DNA from: Hamiltosporidium tvaerminnensis FI-OER-3-3
Lineage: Eukaryota > Fungi > Microsporidia
NCBI GenBank assembly: GCA_022605425.2
Contig: JAKIMF020000001.1
Coordinates: 2,542,001-2,606,000, forward strand
Direction: 5' to 3'
DNA length: 64,000 bases
The notes under the pieces are model-generated. The model saw nothing but the letters and a program-made list of their open reading frames with translations. It did not search any database and was not told the origin of the DNA. Every line of letters starts with the position of its first letter. Within the stretch, counting starts at the first letter, position 1. Positions 47,796 to 61,658 of the stretch are shown here, in pieces. The translations under genes and the position numbers were made by a program.

Positions 47796-49517
47796 TTATA
47801 AGAACTTATGAACATTTTCTAAGAATATATTCACTTTTTTCAGGTAATTTATCTGTTCTATAGGAATATTACTATTCAAAGAATATTCTTTTATATATTT
47901 ACAATTACCAAATTTATATTTATCAGAAGAAATATAGAATTCCATTCTACAACCATCGTTAAAAAAAATAAATATTTCTCCATTTCTGTACCAACACCAA
48001 CCAACTTCTGAAATATAATGTGTTTTTTCTTTTAGAAAGTTAAAAGTACTTCTTTCAGTAAAATTATTTTGAAGAAATGAAAACTTATTTATACTTGGTT
48101 TCAAATCAAAATTATTTCGAACAGAAAAATTATTATTTTCAGAATCTTTGATTATAACAGGAATTCCTTTTTTAATATGAATAAATTTTTCTAATTCGAA
48201 ACATTTTTTATAAAGTTTAAAAATATCAATTAAAATGCTATCTTCAATAAAATCAGGAAAATTTTCATAAATAATTTCATTTATATATAAATTTGAATCT
48301 TTAAAACAGATAAATTCCCATTTCAAATTATTTTTGTAAAAATTGTTTTCAAATTTTCTGTATATCCAATCTCTGTTCATAAAATACGTAAATTTGTAAT
48401 CATGATACTGAAAAACTATCAAAGGTGTTTTTTTCATCATAGTTTCTAACAAAGAAAATAAAAAATTTAATTTTTTTAAATTTCTATTTTCTAAAACAAA
48501 TATTGATTCAATTTCAGATCCGTTAAGAATTATTTTATGTTCAAAATCATATAAAAGAATGTTTTTTTGACTTTTTAAATTCTTCTTATTATTTGTCAGA
48601 AAATCCATTAATTTCGATTTAATAAAAGTTCCATAAAATTTCTTATTCAAGAAATTTGAAATGCCAGAATCATTGCTAAAATTTTTTTGATGATTAATTT
48701 CTTCTTTTTTATTACAAATTATTTCAATATCATCTATTTTAAAAAGATTGTCTTGCTTTATAATTGAACCAAATTTGGTTTCACGACAAAAGTCTTCTAT
48801 AAAACGATAATTTATACAGAGATTTATAAAAATATAAAATTCTTCAAAATATTTATGTCTCAAAGCTTCATCAGATGATATCCTAAGTTTTGAATCCGCC
48901 TCCAAAAGTCTTTCAATCAGATCATTCAAGTAAATATTATTTTTAAAATCAACCGCCAGTCTAGATATTATTACACCCAACGAATACATATCTGTCTTAT
49001 AATCATAAGGTTTATTATCAGCCATTTCTGGTGACAAATAATTCGCAGTCCCACAAAATGTATTTGGAGTTGGATTGAAGGAACAGGAAAGACCAAAATC
49101 AGAAATTTTTACTTCCCCATTCACAATAAGAACATTAGAAAGCTTCAAATCCCTATGAATGAAATTCATAGAATGTAAATAATTTATACCGAGTAGAATT
49201 GCCCGGATAATTTTTTTTATGGAATTTTCTGGCAATTTATAATTTTCAATGAGAGACTGGAGAGTTGAAGTACATTTCTCTAAAACTAGAACATGATGCG
49301 AGGGTGTCTCTTCATAAGAAATCAAAGAAATTATATTAGGATGGATAAGTCTAGACAAAGCAAATATTTCTTGTTTGGCAATTTTGGTTGTTTCATTTGT
49401 CTTTGGAATAAGTTTAATAGCAAAATGAAAATTATCAGATTTTCTTATTCCCAAATAAACAACAGACGACGCACCTTTTCCTAAAACTGGACCAAGATTA
49501 TAGTTCTTCAATTTCAT
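47796..49517 (-). CDS. PLK4: Polo-like kinase 4 (SAK)-like Ser/Thr kinase
   Basis: Kinase domain (GKGASS, HRDLKLSN, DFGL, TFCGTANYLSPE) and a C-terminal EVGWC..GEIFIFFNDG..IP..I..L segment resembling PLK4 polo box 3. Confidence 0.75.
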   Translation of the reverse strand: MKLKNYNLGPVLGKGASSVVYLGIRKSDNFHFAIKLIPKTNETTKIAKQEIFALSRLIHPNIISLISYEETPSHHVLVLEKCTSTLQSLIENYKLPENSIKKIIRAILLGINYLHSMNFIHRDLKLSNVLIVNGEVKISDFGLSCSFNPTPNTFCGTANYLSPEMADNKPYDYKTDMYSLGVIISRLAVDFKNNIYLNDLIERLLEADSKLRISSDEALRHKYFEEFYIFINLCINYRFIEDFCRETKFGSIIKQDNLFKIDDIEIICNKKEEINHQKNFSNDSGISNFLNKKFYGTFIKSKLMDFLTNNKKNLKSQKNILLYDFEHKIILNGSEIESIFVLENRNLKKLNFLFSLLETMMKKTPLIVFQYHDYKFTYFMNRDWIYRKFENNFYKNNLKWEFICFKDSNLYINEIIYENFPDFIEDSILIDIFKLYKKCFELEKFIHIKKGIPVIIKDSENNNFSVRNNFDLKPSINKFSFLQNNFTERSTFNFLKEKTHYISEVGWCWYRNGEIFIFFNDGCRMEFYISSDKYKFGNCKYIKEYSLNSNIPIEQINYLKKVNIFLENVHKFL

Positions 49518-50572
49518 TAAAGAGAGAATTATTGAGGATAAAAGGGGATATAAAACTTATAAAAATCATTGATAAATAGAAATTTTAAAATTGTTGAATT
49601 CCTTTTTCGTTTTCGAGTAAAATTTTCTGTTTCATTAAAATATTTTTTAAACAAATAAATTTTTAAAAAGGTATAAAAATTTACTTCTAATTTAATTCAT
49701 AAAAATTACAAGTAAAATTTTTTTTTACTGACTTCATTGTATCTTCGAAATAGTAAAATTAAAAAAAAATTGGATAAAGTAAAATTTAGAAAAATAATTT
49801 TCTTTTAAATCTTGATTTTTTCCCTTTAAGATCGCAAAAATATGGATACAACCCCATATAAACCTAACAAACCATTCCTAGCCACGAAATACCAAATATA
49901 AATTAGTTCTAGAAAATAAAATATGAATCTTATTATAAAAATTAGTTGTATTTTTTTGTCACTGAAATATAAAACTCTGAATTTAAATTTTAACAAATAG
50001 CTAGAAAATCAAATGCACAATAGAGATATATAATATTTATTGTTGATTTATGTTAAATATTTCATTTTATATTATAGCTTATATTATTTCAAATGCCCGT
50101 TTAACTTTTAATATGAATTGTATGCTTTTATTGTTTAAGCTTCTAAAAAGGTTTTAAGATTTATAAATGCAATTATACTTTAATATTCTTTTAAACATTC
50201 ACAATATTCATGTTTTTAAATAAAATATATAACTAATTTGTTAAATCATTAAATTAGCTAGTTCTATAATCATTTCAATTTTTTTTGGTTTTTTTCAACA
50301 TTTATGGAGATTAATTTGTCCTATAGATTATTTTCCAAATTAGATTTTCTTTATCTGGAACTAATGTCAAAATTTTTATATTGAAGTAGCAAATTGTATT
50401 TAAAGATGTAAATTTTAAGGTAAAATGTTTTTTTAAATAAACAAGTTAAAAGTCCTTTTAAAATATTAAAAAACAATTTTTAACGATGAATAATGAATTT
50501 GGTGATCAAATTCTAGATAAAAAAAATTTAGATAAATGTTAAAATTTGAAAGAAGCTTAGATGAGATTAAAT

Positions 50573-51265
50573 TTAATCATGAAAATGAGTTAAATGATAT
50601 CGCAGTCCATTTTTATTTTTAAAGCTTTTCTGGCAAGAAGGAACACTACAGGGATATTTTTTTGGGATTAAGTTTTTTTTATGGCCATTCTTAATGTGGT
50701 ACTTATAACCATTTGGATTCTTATAAACTTTCTTGCAATTTATATGAGGACATGGAAATTCTTTGAAATATGGATTAGCCATATGTTTTTGAGAATGGAT
50801 AAGTAAGTATTCAACCGAAATGTCTGGCTTGAGTGATAAAGGACACGAACAAATTTCTTTTAAATTATCGTGATTTATTCCATTTAGCGCATCAAAATCT
50901 AAATAATTGTTCTTTTTGTTGCATACTTCTTGCTTTTTATGATACGTTTCGACATGCAAACAATATTTTTCAAAATCTTCAAATTTATTACCACAGCAGA
51001 TAAAATCTTTAATGAATTCTGATTTGAAATTTCTCAAAGTTGAAGGATTGGTCCAATCAACAAATTCAAAATCGTTAAAATATGTTTGCCTTTCAAGACT
51101 TAAGATAGAAAGTTCCGCGAGCTGTTGCTCTTCAGTTAAAATCGGCCTATTATGACGAAACAATTCTCTGTTACGAAGAAATTCTTTTCTTTTTGCTTTG
51201 ATATACCCACTGTTTCCAGTTCTTTTTTCAGCCAAACTCCAGTTAATAGATTTCATTGGATCCAT
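50573..51265 (-). CDS. SFP1: SFP1-like C2H2 zinc-finger transcription factor
   Basis: FIKDFICCG..HVETYH; CPHINCKKVYKNPNGYKYHIKNGH; KYPCSVPSCQKSFKNKNGLRYH. Confidence 0.8.
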   Translation of the reverse strand: MDPMKSINWSLAEKRTGNSGYIKAKRKEFLRNRELFRHNRPILTEEQQLAELSILSLERQTYFNDFEFVDWTNPSTLRNFKSEFIKDFICCGNKFEDFEKYCLHVETYHKKQEVCNKKNNYLDFDALNGINHDNLKEICSCPLSLKPDISVEYLLIHSQKHMANPYFKEFPCPHINCKKVYKNPNGYKYHIKNGHKKNLIPKKYPCSVPSCQKSFKNKNGLRYHLTHFHD

Positions 51266-53301
51266 ATCAGTTCAACGTTCAGGATATTTAAATGATCAAG
51301 TTCTCTCTTTTTGGAAATTTCTAATTAGCCAAAAGATCTTACGATAAATTAATATTATATTTTTTTCTTAAAATTTAAGTAATACTAAAACATTATATAA
51401 TATATAATTTATAGAATGTAAAAAAGTCAAATTTGATTCCTTGATCGAAGATTAATTAAAATAAAATAAATTAAAAAATGAAATGTACATTTAAAATCCT
51501 TCGAACATTTCTATGATTTTAAATCCGAACAAATCTGCAATTTATATAAAAAAATATAGGTTCAATCTCTAAAAACCATTTTAATAACTTAAATAGCATA
51601 ATTTAGAGCCAAACATAAATTTGAAAATAAATTTACGGAAAAATAGAAATCAGGGAAATTATATATTGAAAAATTAATTAATAAGATAGATTATATTAAG
51701 AAATGTTATTCGGATGTCAGTTTCTTTCCTATTAGCTTGGAAAGAACAATTTTTCATCTTTAAATAAAATTTAAAACATAATTACATTCGATAAAGCGCA
51801 TCTTTTTGCAAAAAATCGTGTAGTACGAAGTAATCGTAATTTAACTTCAATTTTACTTTGACACTCTCATATTATAAAAAGTATTTATATAAAATCATTG
51901 CATTAAAAAAACTACAAGTTGAAATGTGTGGAAATCCTTAAATGCGATAAAAGAATAAAATATAAAAACGAAATATTAAATAAATATACAAACATAGTAA
52001 ACAGAAGATAATAGATAATTAAATTTACATTCGCAAGTTAAGTAAAAAAAATTAGAAATAATTATGTACCAGAAGAAAAAATTTATATTGTGAGTAATTT
52101 TAGTTTCGAAAATAATAGTGCACTCATAAATATAACTAAAAACAGGTCTTTTCTATACTAGAAAACAAATGCATCATTATCAATGGTAAAAAGAGATATT
52201 ATACATAGAAATATTATTTAAACGCTGTATTTAAATGCCGTATTTTAATATATGACAGCATTTTTTATTTTTGGAACCAAAAGAAACCCTTGAAAATATT
52301 TTCAATATAAAAAAACAGCAACACACGATTTCAAGCTTAAATCTTTTCATATACAAAGGAAGAACAAACAATAAAATGTAGATCCAAAAAAATTGACCGG
52401 TGAATAATTAATTTGAATCAGATATACATAATGATTGAGTTACATAAATTAGATAAGAAAATAAAAAAACTGATATTTAATTTTTTTATATCGATCGAAT
52501 GAGTGTTTCAAATTGAAAAAAAAACTAAAAAATATATTTCTTAATATTTATTTGATTCGTTTCGTGAAGCAAAAAACGATCAAATTTGTATAAGTACTTT
52601 CATAAAGCCCTAAAAATGAGTTAAAAGAGCAGCGACTAAAGTATTTAAAAACCATACATTAATTATTAACTAATTGATTTCTAGCCGATAAATGAAGTTA
52701 ATATTTGAAATCTATCAAATCGTTAATTTACCAAAAAATCCGAGTATATTAATAAATTAAAATATAATTGACTAAAAATTCGAAATATTATAAATTGAAT
52801 AGATTTACTTTGTTATTTCACCTAAAAGCATATAATTAATCAGAAACTGAGGGTGTTATGTTCTTGTGTTCAAAGAAATTTGGACAAATACCTTGAGATA
52901 GTAAATACAACAACTTTATAGTTTATAAGTAGTTAGTAAGTTAAAAAAATCACTAGAAAACGGAGAAAAATGAAAATTTTGTTTTTGGTATTTAATTCAG
53001 AAAAAATGGACTCAGTTAAATGTGCCAATAAAGAAGTAAAAAAGACAAACCCTACTAAAGTTGTAATTGGCCCTCAGTATTTGCTTCGAATTAGTGAAAC
53101 AGGAAAAAATGAGGAGTAACTGATTTTCAGCTAATAGTGAATATTGTTTACATGTGCAATTTGAAGATAACTTTTTATGAGATAATATACCTTGATATTG
53201 CATTAAAATATCATAAGACGTCATGAAAAGCTTTAACGACTAGTAATAACAGAGATATTGGAGTATATACAATACACTCCTTTTGAACTATATATAATGA
53301 C

Positions 53302-54026
53302 TTTTTTTAAATAGAACACATCTTTTTAAAACACTGGCAAGTGTTATATTTGTTTTCATGACATTAACGCAGTTCTAGGTTTAACATAAATAACTGCTAC
53401 CCCAAAACTCCATCAGTAACCCCTGTGATACCTACGTCCCAAAGCCTTTCATCTACCAGGTGTGTAGAACCTAATTACTAGGCGATGTAGTTGCCCGGAG
53501 TTCGTTAATGTCCGTTGCATGGAGTGTGATCGAAGGCCGAAGCCCCCCTGGGCTCCCCCAAGACTATGCAGCATTCCCACTTACTCTACACTTTCTGAAC
53601 CCAATAAACTTCTAGCTAAGATATATTTCAGAGACTTATATGGGGTCCACCTAGACAGTGCAATGTCATACCAACTGGTATAACCTGCTACTTAGCTTTC
53701 CTAGCTTTAATGGTTTTTTGTCTTATATCTCCTAGGCGCCAAGTCTTCTAACCTGAGTGAGCAAGGCTAGGTTTCCATGCTTTTACATGGCAACTACCTA
53801 CATGTTCAGCTGCGGTCTGTAATCTGGTTACATAAAAAACTACAAATAAATTTGTAGAAAAAGTTTCTCCATTTCTTAGACCTCTCCCCTTCATAACAAC
53901 TCCCATGGAACAACCAAAGATGTAGTGTGGTTTTATTCCCACCAAAAATCCAAACAATGACCTCACACCAGTTTTACACACTCATTGCCAAGCAGAAAGT
54001 TTTTTATGTGGTTATCCTCCCTCCAC
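53302..54026 (-). mobile_element. near-identical inverted copy of the long structured retroposon
   Basis: Reverse complement aligns end to end with 27788-28515, with scattered differences only; no clear TSD. Confidence 0.92.
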
Positions 54027-57000
54027 AACTTAGATCTTATAAAATAATATAAATTTATTTACCTCATTACAAAAAAACCAACTGAGAGGTGAAAAAAACC
54101 ACGCTGAAATAATGATCGAAAAAAAATACTGAATAAAACACTATTAATGTCTATATGTTTTAATGAACTTTTTTTTTCTCATTTTAAACCTGTCTTTATC
54201 TGAGATGCGTAATTTCTAGGAGTCTCGAAGATGGTTAGTTTGTATTTACAGTCACAAGTAGCTGTAATATCACTTAGAATCATTTTTGAATCGAAAAGAG
54301 GTTTTTAATCCAGAATACTGATAATAAAATAAAGAAGGAGTAACTGAGAATGTGATAAGAAATACAAACGCATAAAAAATTTATGTTCTATTATACATAT
54401 AATTAGCTAGTAAGAAAAAGTTAAACATGAAAACTCAAAAATTATGCATCTTTAACATAGATAACCAAACCAAAAAACAAAGAATTCAGTTCAAATATAA
54501 AAAAAGTGTACATGAGACCTAAAAAAAAGTAATATAATGCATGTAAATATAAATAAAATGACTTAACAATAAATTATTTTTGATTTTTTTTGTGAGAAGT
54601 CAAACGCACTAAAATTAAGGTAAAAAAATGAAAATAAGGTAAAATACCGAGTTAGAATAACAATTACAAACTTTAAATGTACGTTAAAGTATGAATTTTC
54701 TGTTTCGAAGAAAAATCGTGTGTAAATTGAGCAAACTGTACAGTAATCAATCCGTGAATAACAAAAACGTAAATTTCTGAATGGTTGATGGGTAAGAAAT
54801 TTTTCTAGATATAATCGAAAGAAAAGCATTATTTTTGGCTTAAAACAATCATCTTCTATAGTAAAAACAGAATATAAAATATATTGATATCATTAGATTA
54901 TTTATGAGTGCAATTTGCACCAAATATTTTTTATTTTCGAGGAAATGCATGTCCGATTTTATTCATCCTTATAGAATAAATTTTATTTAATTTTTTTTAT
55001 TTCGGACAAGTTTTCATTTGTAGGTAAACTAATAAATACAGTTTTCAGACTTCTGGTGATTATGGTAATATTTGGTTTAATTTCTGTAAAATATGTTATA
55101 ATCAAGCGAATGATTTTATAGTTTAAAGCTAAATAAAAAAATGATCCCCAAAACACCGAAAGCATCCTTAATAGCTACGTTATAATTGTAAAAATGCCAT
55201 TATATATTTGCAAGCCGTATCTGGGTCGAATTTAATGAAAAAAATACCCTACTTTCAAGCAAAACAAATACAGATTTAAAATCTTTTATACGACTAGAAA
55301 ATCTCAAGATACTCGGTTTAAGAAATTTCGATCAAATTCTTAGTCGATTGATCATGCTTTTTGTTGATCTTTCACCAATAATACCATAAAAGTTATTTGG
55401 ATAAATTCAAATTGTAAAAGAACACAACTAGAATCTATCAGAATATATTCTTTTTTTAGATATTATCACATTAAAAGAGGGCTTTGAACAAAGCAAATAT
55501 CAATATAAGATGACGGTAAAAGTAATTTTTCATGATTAGCACTTCTTCAGAGCCGAGAGCTTACTCGATTTAGAACGAAAAATAAAACGAATTAGAATGA
55601 AAAGAGAGTTCAAAATCACTCTTTATTTACAAACCACGTAATTCTGATAGAGAAATATGCCATTTATTTACTAAAAAAATTCTTGATTTCCATTTCGAAA
55701 AAAACTGTAAAAAGGTTCTGTTTAAACTCTAGAAGAAATTAATAAATCATTGATGCAATTTGTGATTTCATTGTTTATTAATTCTCTGGATTATCCTGAA
55801 AATTATGTATCAGTGCAATTATAAACCTTCTGGTTTTATAAATAGAAAAAGTTTCTTGTGGAATTACATTTGGTGATAATATTTTAGAATTCCTTTTTTA
55901 GAAAATATGGAAGAAAATGTCTGCGAATGTCCAATATATTCCTATTTGAAGATGCTATGTATAAAAAATATATTGTTTATATTGATCTCTTGTAAGTGAA
56001 TTATGTGTGTGCTTACACGCAAACAAAAATTTTGGCAAAACATTTTCTTCATTATATACCTCTTCTTTTTAGATAAAAAAAGCTCTTTATACAAAGAGAA
56101 ACAAATTTCTATCAAATTATCTTTTGGATGAGATATTTTCAGCAAAATATAATACTAGATTATCTCTGTATTTTAAATCATGTATATATTCTAATATATG
56201 GGACTTATAATTTTCGAGTTTTAAAGTAAACTAAATGCAAAATCAGTTGTAAATGATTAGTGATTTTTGGAAATTTTTACACTATACAATAAATCTTTTT
56301 ACTGTAATTTACTGGCTTCTGAATATATTTATTTGATTGAGAGTTACTAAAACCGTATAATGAAGTAAATTTATACTGTCTTAGAGGAAAACAAATATTA
56401 TTTGAAATATATTTGGTATATAGCTTGGATTCAATTACAAGATATGCTAGAAACCAACTATTATCATTTTAAACAACAGTATAAATAGCGTAAAAACACG
56501 AACTGACCTTAACCATTTGATGCTCATATCATTATTGCTGGATTTATACCAAAGTTTCGTCTAATAATCAGTTAAAAGTCATAATATCACACATTACAAT
56601 ATTTATTTGAAGTATAAAGAGATATGAAGTAAATATTGCAAATTAAATCATAAATAAAATATCATTAAAGCCATCGAATATAAATACCAGTTTCAAAAAA
56701 CATTGATTATATGCTTCATTTTAGTTGTTTAAATGCCCAATATGACAAGTCCAAAATTTATCTTATAAATAAATAACCTAACCATTTTCATGGTTAAAAA
56801 TCCTATAGAATGAATATTAAAAATATATATAAAACAAAACCACCATTGAATGCCCTTTTAACTATATGATAGATTGATTAAAAAATAAAACGCTAGATGG
56901 AACATAGATAAAGTATTGATATCGTTACAAAAATGTCTGCCTTAAATGAATCTCATCGAATTACAGAGTTCTAAGAAATTTTCGAAAACGCTAAACTTTG

Positions 57001-57599
57001 GTTTTATTTCCAGAAGTTGAAATTTTTTTAACTTAATTAAAGTTTAGTATCCAAAAAAGAAAATATGTTCAGAAATGAACCATTTTATAGAGAGATTATA
57101 AACATTGGACCGCTAAACTCTATACTAATAGACATAAGATACAAAATACCAATTAAATCTAGTATATAGCTTTACTGAAGAGACTACAGAAGCAAGCATC
57201 TGATAATATGTAAAGGATCTACCACTATACTAAATCAAGCTATGAAATCCGTGTAATTATTATCTGTACCTTTGTCGTAAATTTACCGTTTAGTATTAAA
57301 TTTTAATTGTTCTTCTCTCTATATTATTCCTTCTTTTACAGACAAATTCATCTCAAACGGGTATATCAGTCTATGATTCAAAAAAAATCTTAGTGTTTTC
57401 GAAATTTTATAGAAGAATACGTTGTAAGTTTCCAATAAGCGGTAATAGTGCTGAATTTAATTTTTTGCTAAAATACATGCAATAAATTTCAACTATGATA
57501 GAAATTTCAAAATTTAAAATAACACACAAATAGCCAAATGATTAAACTAAACTTGAATTAGTTAGAATTCAAATCCGGAAAGTACAGAAAACTTTAAAA

Positions 57600-58650
57600 A
57601 TAGATTGTTTTTTTTTATCGCAAAACAAAATAACAGGGTTGAATCCCAGCATCCAATTTAAAATAATTAGCTGGTGAGCCTACTTAGATGTTTCGGTTAC
57701 AATATATCTAGTATTAAAAGACATAGATTGTATTTTGCTAGTTTTATTTCCGAATAAAATGTAACCCGAGATGTAAAGGAGATACTAACAGTTTGAATAT
57801 AATGGAAATACTACAAAACTTTTGCCAACATCGAGCAATATATCTTGCTAAAAATTAATAGCTGAAGACGATGTTATCTTCGATTGAAATTTTCGATATA
57901 GTACAAACCTAGGTTCTTATAAACCGAAACATATATATAAAGATGTATTAAGATATCCTTAAAGAGATCATTTCTTAGGATTTAAAAAAACAAGGTCGAA
58001 TTCAGATTCGAAACTCGATATAATAATCGGGACTAATAAAAACATGTTAAAATAGGCGGGATATCATTTATGATCTTCTTTTGGTTGTTGGAATTAAATG
58101 GTTAAAAAAAATCAAAATATTTGCATCTCAGGATCTTATTAATATATTTGCTTGCATATATTCTATATCATTATAAAAACTTGGTATTCATATATTATCA
58201 TATAAGTCATTCCTGAAACTTTGAAGTCTAGTATTGGGAAATACTGGGAGAATCACCAATGCAAAAAATATTATCCGAAGACCTATTTACATTGATTAAA
58301 AGTATTTACAATCAAATATACAAGTATTAGACTCAGTATAAAGTATATATCGAAGTTATACAAAATACCAAGAAGAAAATAATCATATCACATTTAATCG
58401 TTAATAGCAGCTAGAAGAATTTTAGTACATGAAGCCATTAGTATTGAATTTTTGGTTGATATAAGTAAATCCAAGCCAAGTTTTATTCAATATATAAAAG
58501 AAAGGGGTGTATAAAGACGAGGCTGATGGAATGGGTGTTAAAACCAACAAAGTACCGGATTTAAGGATCGATGTAATCACAAACTTATCAAATGATATGT
58601 TTTTGATTCGATTAAGAAACTGGAAACGATTTGTTAAAGTATATCATATA
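57600..58650 (+). mobile_element. very decayed RLE-LINE-like relic
   Basis: Patchy similarity to 43360-44560 (CCCGAGATGTAAAGGAG, ACAAAATACCA, ATGGGTGTTA). Confidence 0.35.
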
Positions 58651-59509
58651 AAATTCTAACTTTTTTATATTTTGTTTTAACAAATTATCTCATATTTTAT
58701 CTTATAATGTATACATATACTTTACCAAGAGGTATTAATTTTTTCTATATAAATTATTTCGCATTCTGACAATCCTCTAACATTTTTTTATAAGTACTAA
58801 ACTCTAGACAAAAATATCTTTTATTATGAATAAAATATTTTATATTTTGATTAGTCTTATCTTTCTAATCCGAATTTTACATAAAATATTTTTTTTATGG
58901 AATCCGTTTCTAATCTGTAATATAGTCTCTTTAATGTTAAATTAAAAATATCAAGTACTTAAGGAATTTATGTTTCGATTAAAAACAACATTTGTATAAC
59001 TACCAAGCTATTTGCTAATTTATTGAGGAAACTCGAATTTATAAAAAACAAATTTGTTTCGTAAGAAAATAAACTACAGAATCAAACATGTAAAATAATC
59101 GATCTATTATCGGAAAAAATATTCTTCACCTTGAACTTCTAATAGATTTAAAAGAGCAAAATGTGTCTTAAGTCAAAAAAACGAACGAAAGAAAATGTGT
59201 AAACTAAAAATTTGTCCTAAAATAGATGCTATTAGATCAAAGCGCACTTGAATACTAAAGAATTCTGCGATTTTCCTCCTTAAAAAATAATAAAAACCAA
59301 TAATAATTGATATAAATTAGATCAAAATGTCAAAAATATAATTATCTAAATTTTGATATACATTTTCTTTTGGACTCAGCAATGGAGAAAAATAGATCTT
59401 TAGATAATATAAAAAAAATTTAACAATTTGACTTTCAAAAAACAATACAGATAAATAAAAAGTACCTGATAAAGAAAATTTTAATTTAAATGATCCAAAA
59501 GGAACAACC

Positions 59510-60079
59510 ATGAAGCTAAGATTAACGAATTTAAATGACCTGAACAATCAAACTCAAAATGAGAATTTAGAAATGAAATATTTAATGTATAATAGAACCA
59601 AATCAGCATTAAGAGCATCAGATGTAAGTAAAATGAATCAAAGAGATGTTGAAATGATTGAATTGCTACTAAGCGCTGAAAATAATGCATATTTTAAGAA
59701 GAAAAGGGAAAAACTTCATCCAGAAACATTATTACAACGCTTCAAGAAAGATTTTGTAAAGGATTTTAGTTGTTGTACTGAAAAATTCGAAAATTTTGAT
59801 TATTATGCCATACATTTAAGAGATGTGCATAACATATTTCCAGAGTTCGATTCTCTACGTCCAAACAAATTCCTAGGAGATTATCAAGAAGAAGCATTTT
59901 TTGATGCTTTATTTTTTTTCGATGGATTTAATCCAAATCTTCCTATATCAAAGCCTCAAGTCATTAAGCCTTACGCTTGTTCGGTAATTGGATGTGAAAA
60001 AAGCTATAAAAATCAAAACGGCTTGAAATATCATGTAGAACATCACCATAAGGATTTGTTTGCAGATATTGTAAATTAA
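59510..60079 (+). CDS. second SFP1-like zinc-finger protein
   Basis: FVKDFSCC..HLRDVH and KPYACSVIGCEKSYKNQNGLKYHVEHHH. Confidence 0.8.
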   Translation: MKLRLTNLNDLNNQTQNENLEMKYLMYNRTKSALRASDVSKMNQRDVEMIELLLSAENNAYFKKKREKLHPETLLQRFKKDFVKDFSCCTEKFENFDYYAIHLRDVHNIFPEFDSLRPNKFLGDYQEEAFFDALFFFDGFNPNLPISKPQVIKPYACSVIGCEKSYKNQNGLKYHVEHHHKDLFADIVN

Positions 60080-60884
60080 ATTGTAATTTTATTTTATTTT
60101 TCGATTTTTTGATATATTCATACAGAATCATATTAAAAATTTAGATGAAAGAAACATAGAAGAAAACGAGGATCAAAATACACAAACTTAAAACAAGTAT
60201 TTAAACAAAAAACATATTTAAATCCAATTTAAATATAGCCATTCTCAAAAACACATTATTACATTAAAGTATAAAAAGATGTACAAAAAGGGTTAAGATA
60301 GAATATATTGCTCATCGAGAATACTTTATCTGTAAACATAGATTTCATACAGATATAATTGTCTTTAAAAACCTAATATTACATTATGAGTAACACTTCG
60401 AAATTTTTACTATGTATCAGTTATAATATATAATTAAAATAATCAAATAAAATTTTTATGATTATAAACTAAATGTTAATTTATGTTTGTCTAAATATGA
60501 GTATTTGAGACAATTAATTCTTAATTTTCTTTAAATGATTTATAATTTAATTAATCCGCTGCATTGAAATTCTGATGCTTTGTTCCGATACTTATTACAG
60601 ATTTGAATTCAATATTTTATATTTCTCAATAGATTCTCAGTTAATAGGTGAGGCGTCTGCGAACTATAAATTTAATACTCTTTATTTTCAGTCGTTATAC
60701 ACTTTTACAAAAATCCTTATAATGCCAATAGGCATTTTTAGAGAGGCAGAACCTCTTCTTTGGATTAAAAAAATAAAATTATAGGCTAGTTTTAAGAATT
60801 TAATACTTTTAATGTTTATCTGCCACCTTGACATATTTTTTAGCCTTATATAATTCTGATATAATAGGATTTTGCTTCAAGAAT

Positions 60885-61500
60885 TTTTATATAATAAAAT
60901 TTCGGATTAGAATGTTCTTTACACTTTTATAAATTTTCTTCTACGTCTTACACCACAATTTTTTCTTGTTCTAAATCTGAATCTTCATTTATGTTTTTTG
61001 TAGGTTCCTCTAATGTGTTTCCTTCATCTGAAGCAATAGATATATTATTTTTTGCTTTAAAATATATACTGCCATTTTCCTCAAAATTCGGCTGTTTTAA
61101 AAAATGTAGTGATACTCGCGTATATCTGATCTCTTTGTAAAATCCATTGACACATTTTCCTAGCTCTCTTCGGCACTTAGTCACGATTCAAGTCCTCTTC
61201 GTCGGGCAAAGAAAATTGTTAAGAGTGTCATCGTGAGCACTATTGACTGAGTGTATGGTTCAAAATTTATGGGCGTTTGGAGTCTTTTTTGGTATGACTT
61301 ATGGTATTTTGTTGCAATAGCGACTTGGATCAAACAATAAGAGATTTTTTCAACACTACACTTATAATAAATCTTAGTCGTTAGCCCAAAAGTTATATTT
61401 CCTAAGTATTTCATTTTTAACTATCAAAACGAGTCTTGAAAAGCAAGTCTTACGTCATTGAGTGTCACAGTTTTTTTTATGTTATCCAAAATTTATATCG
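60885..61500 (-). mobile_element. degenerate RLE-LINE 3' fragment
   Basis: ORF remnants YKCSVEKISY..TKYHKS..RRRGLES and TLEEPTKNINEDSDL match 915-1325. Confidence 0.85.
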
Positions 61501-61658
61501 ATATTATATCTTAAATTAACAATTTCATAAAGACCGAGCCCAAAATCTATTTTTGCAATTTATATTATGAACGAATTCAAATTAATATCTATTTCTTGTT
61601 AGTATTTTTTTTTAATTTAATTTATAATTCCATTTTAAATTATTTCCCAACAGTCCCT

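Noticed and set aside
53615-53660. Group I intron R/S-like words (TCAGAGACT, AAGATATA) on the antisense strand of the element
   Set aside because: The S-like word precedes the R-like word, and no P7 pairing or P/Q elements were found
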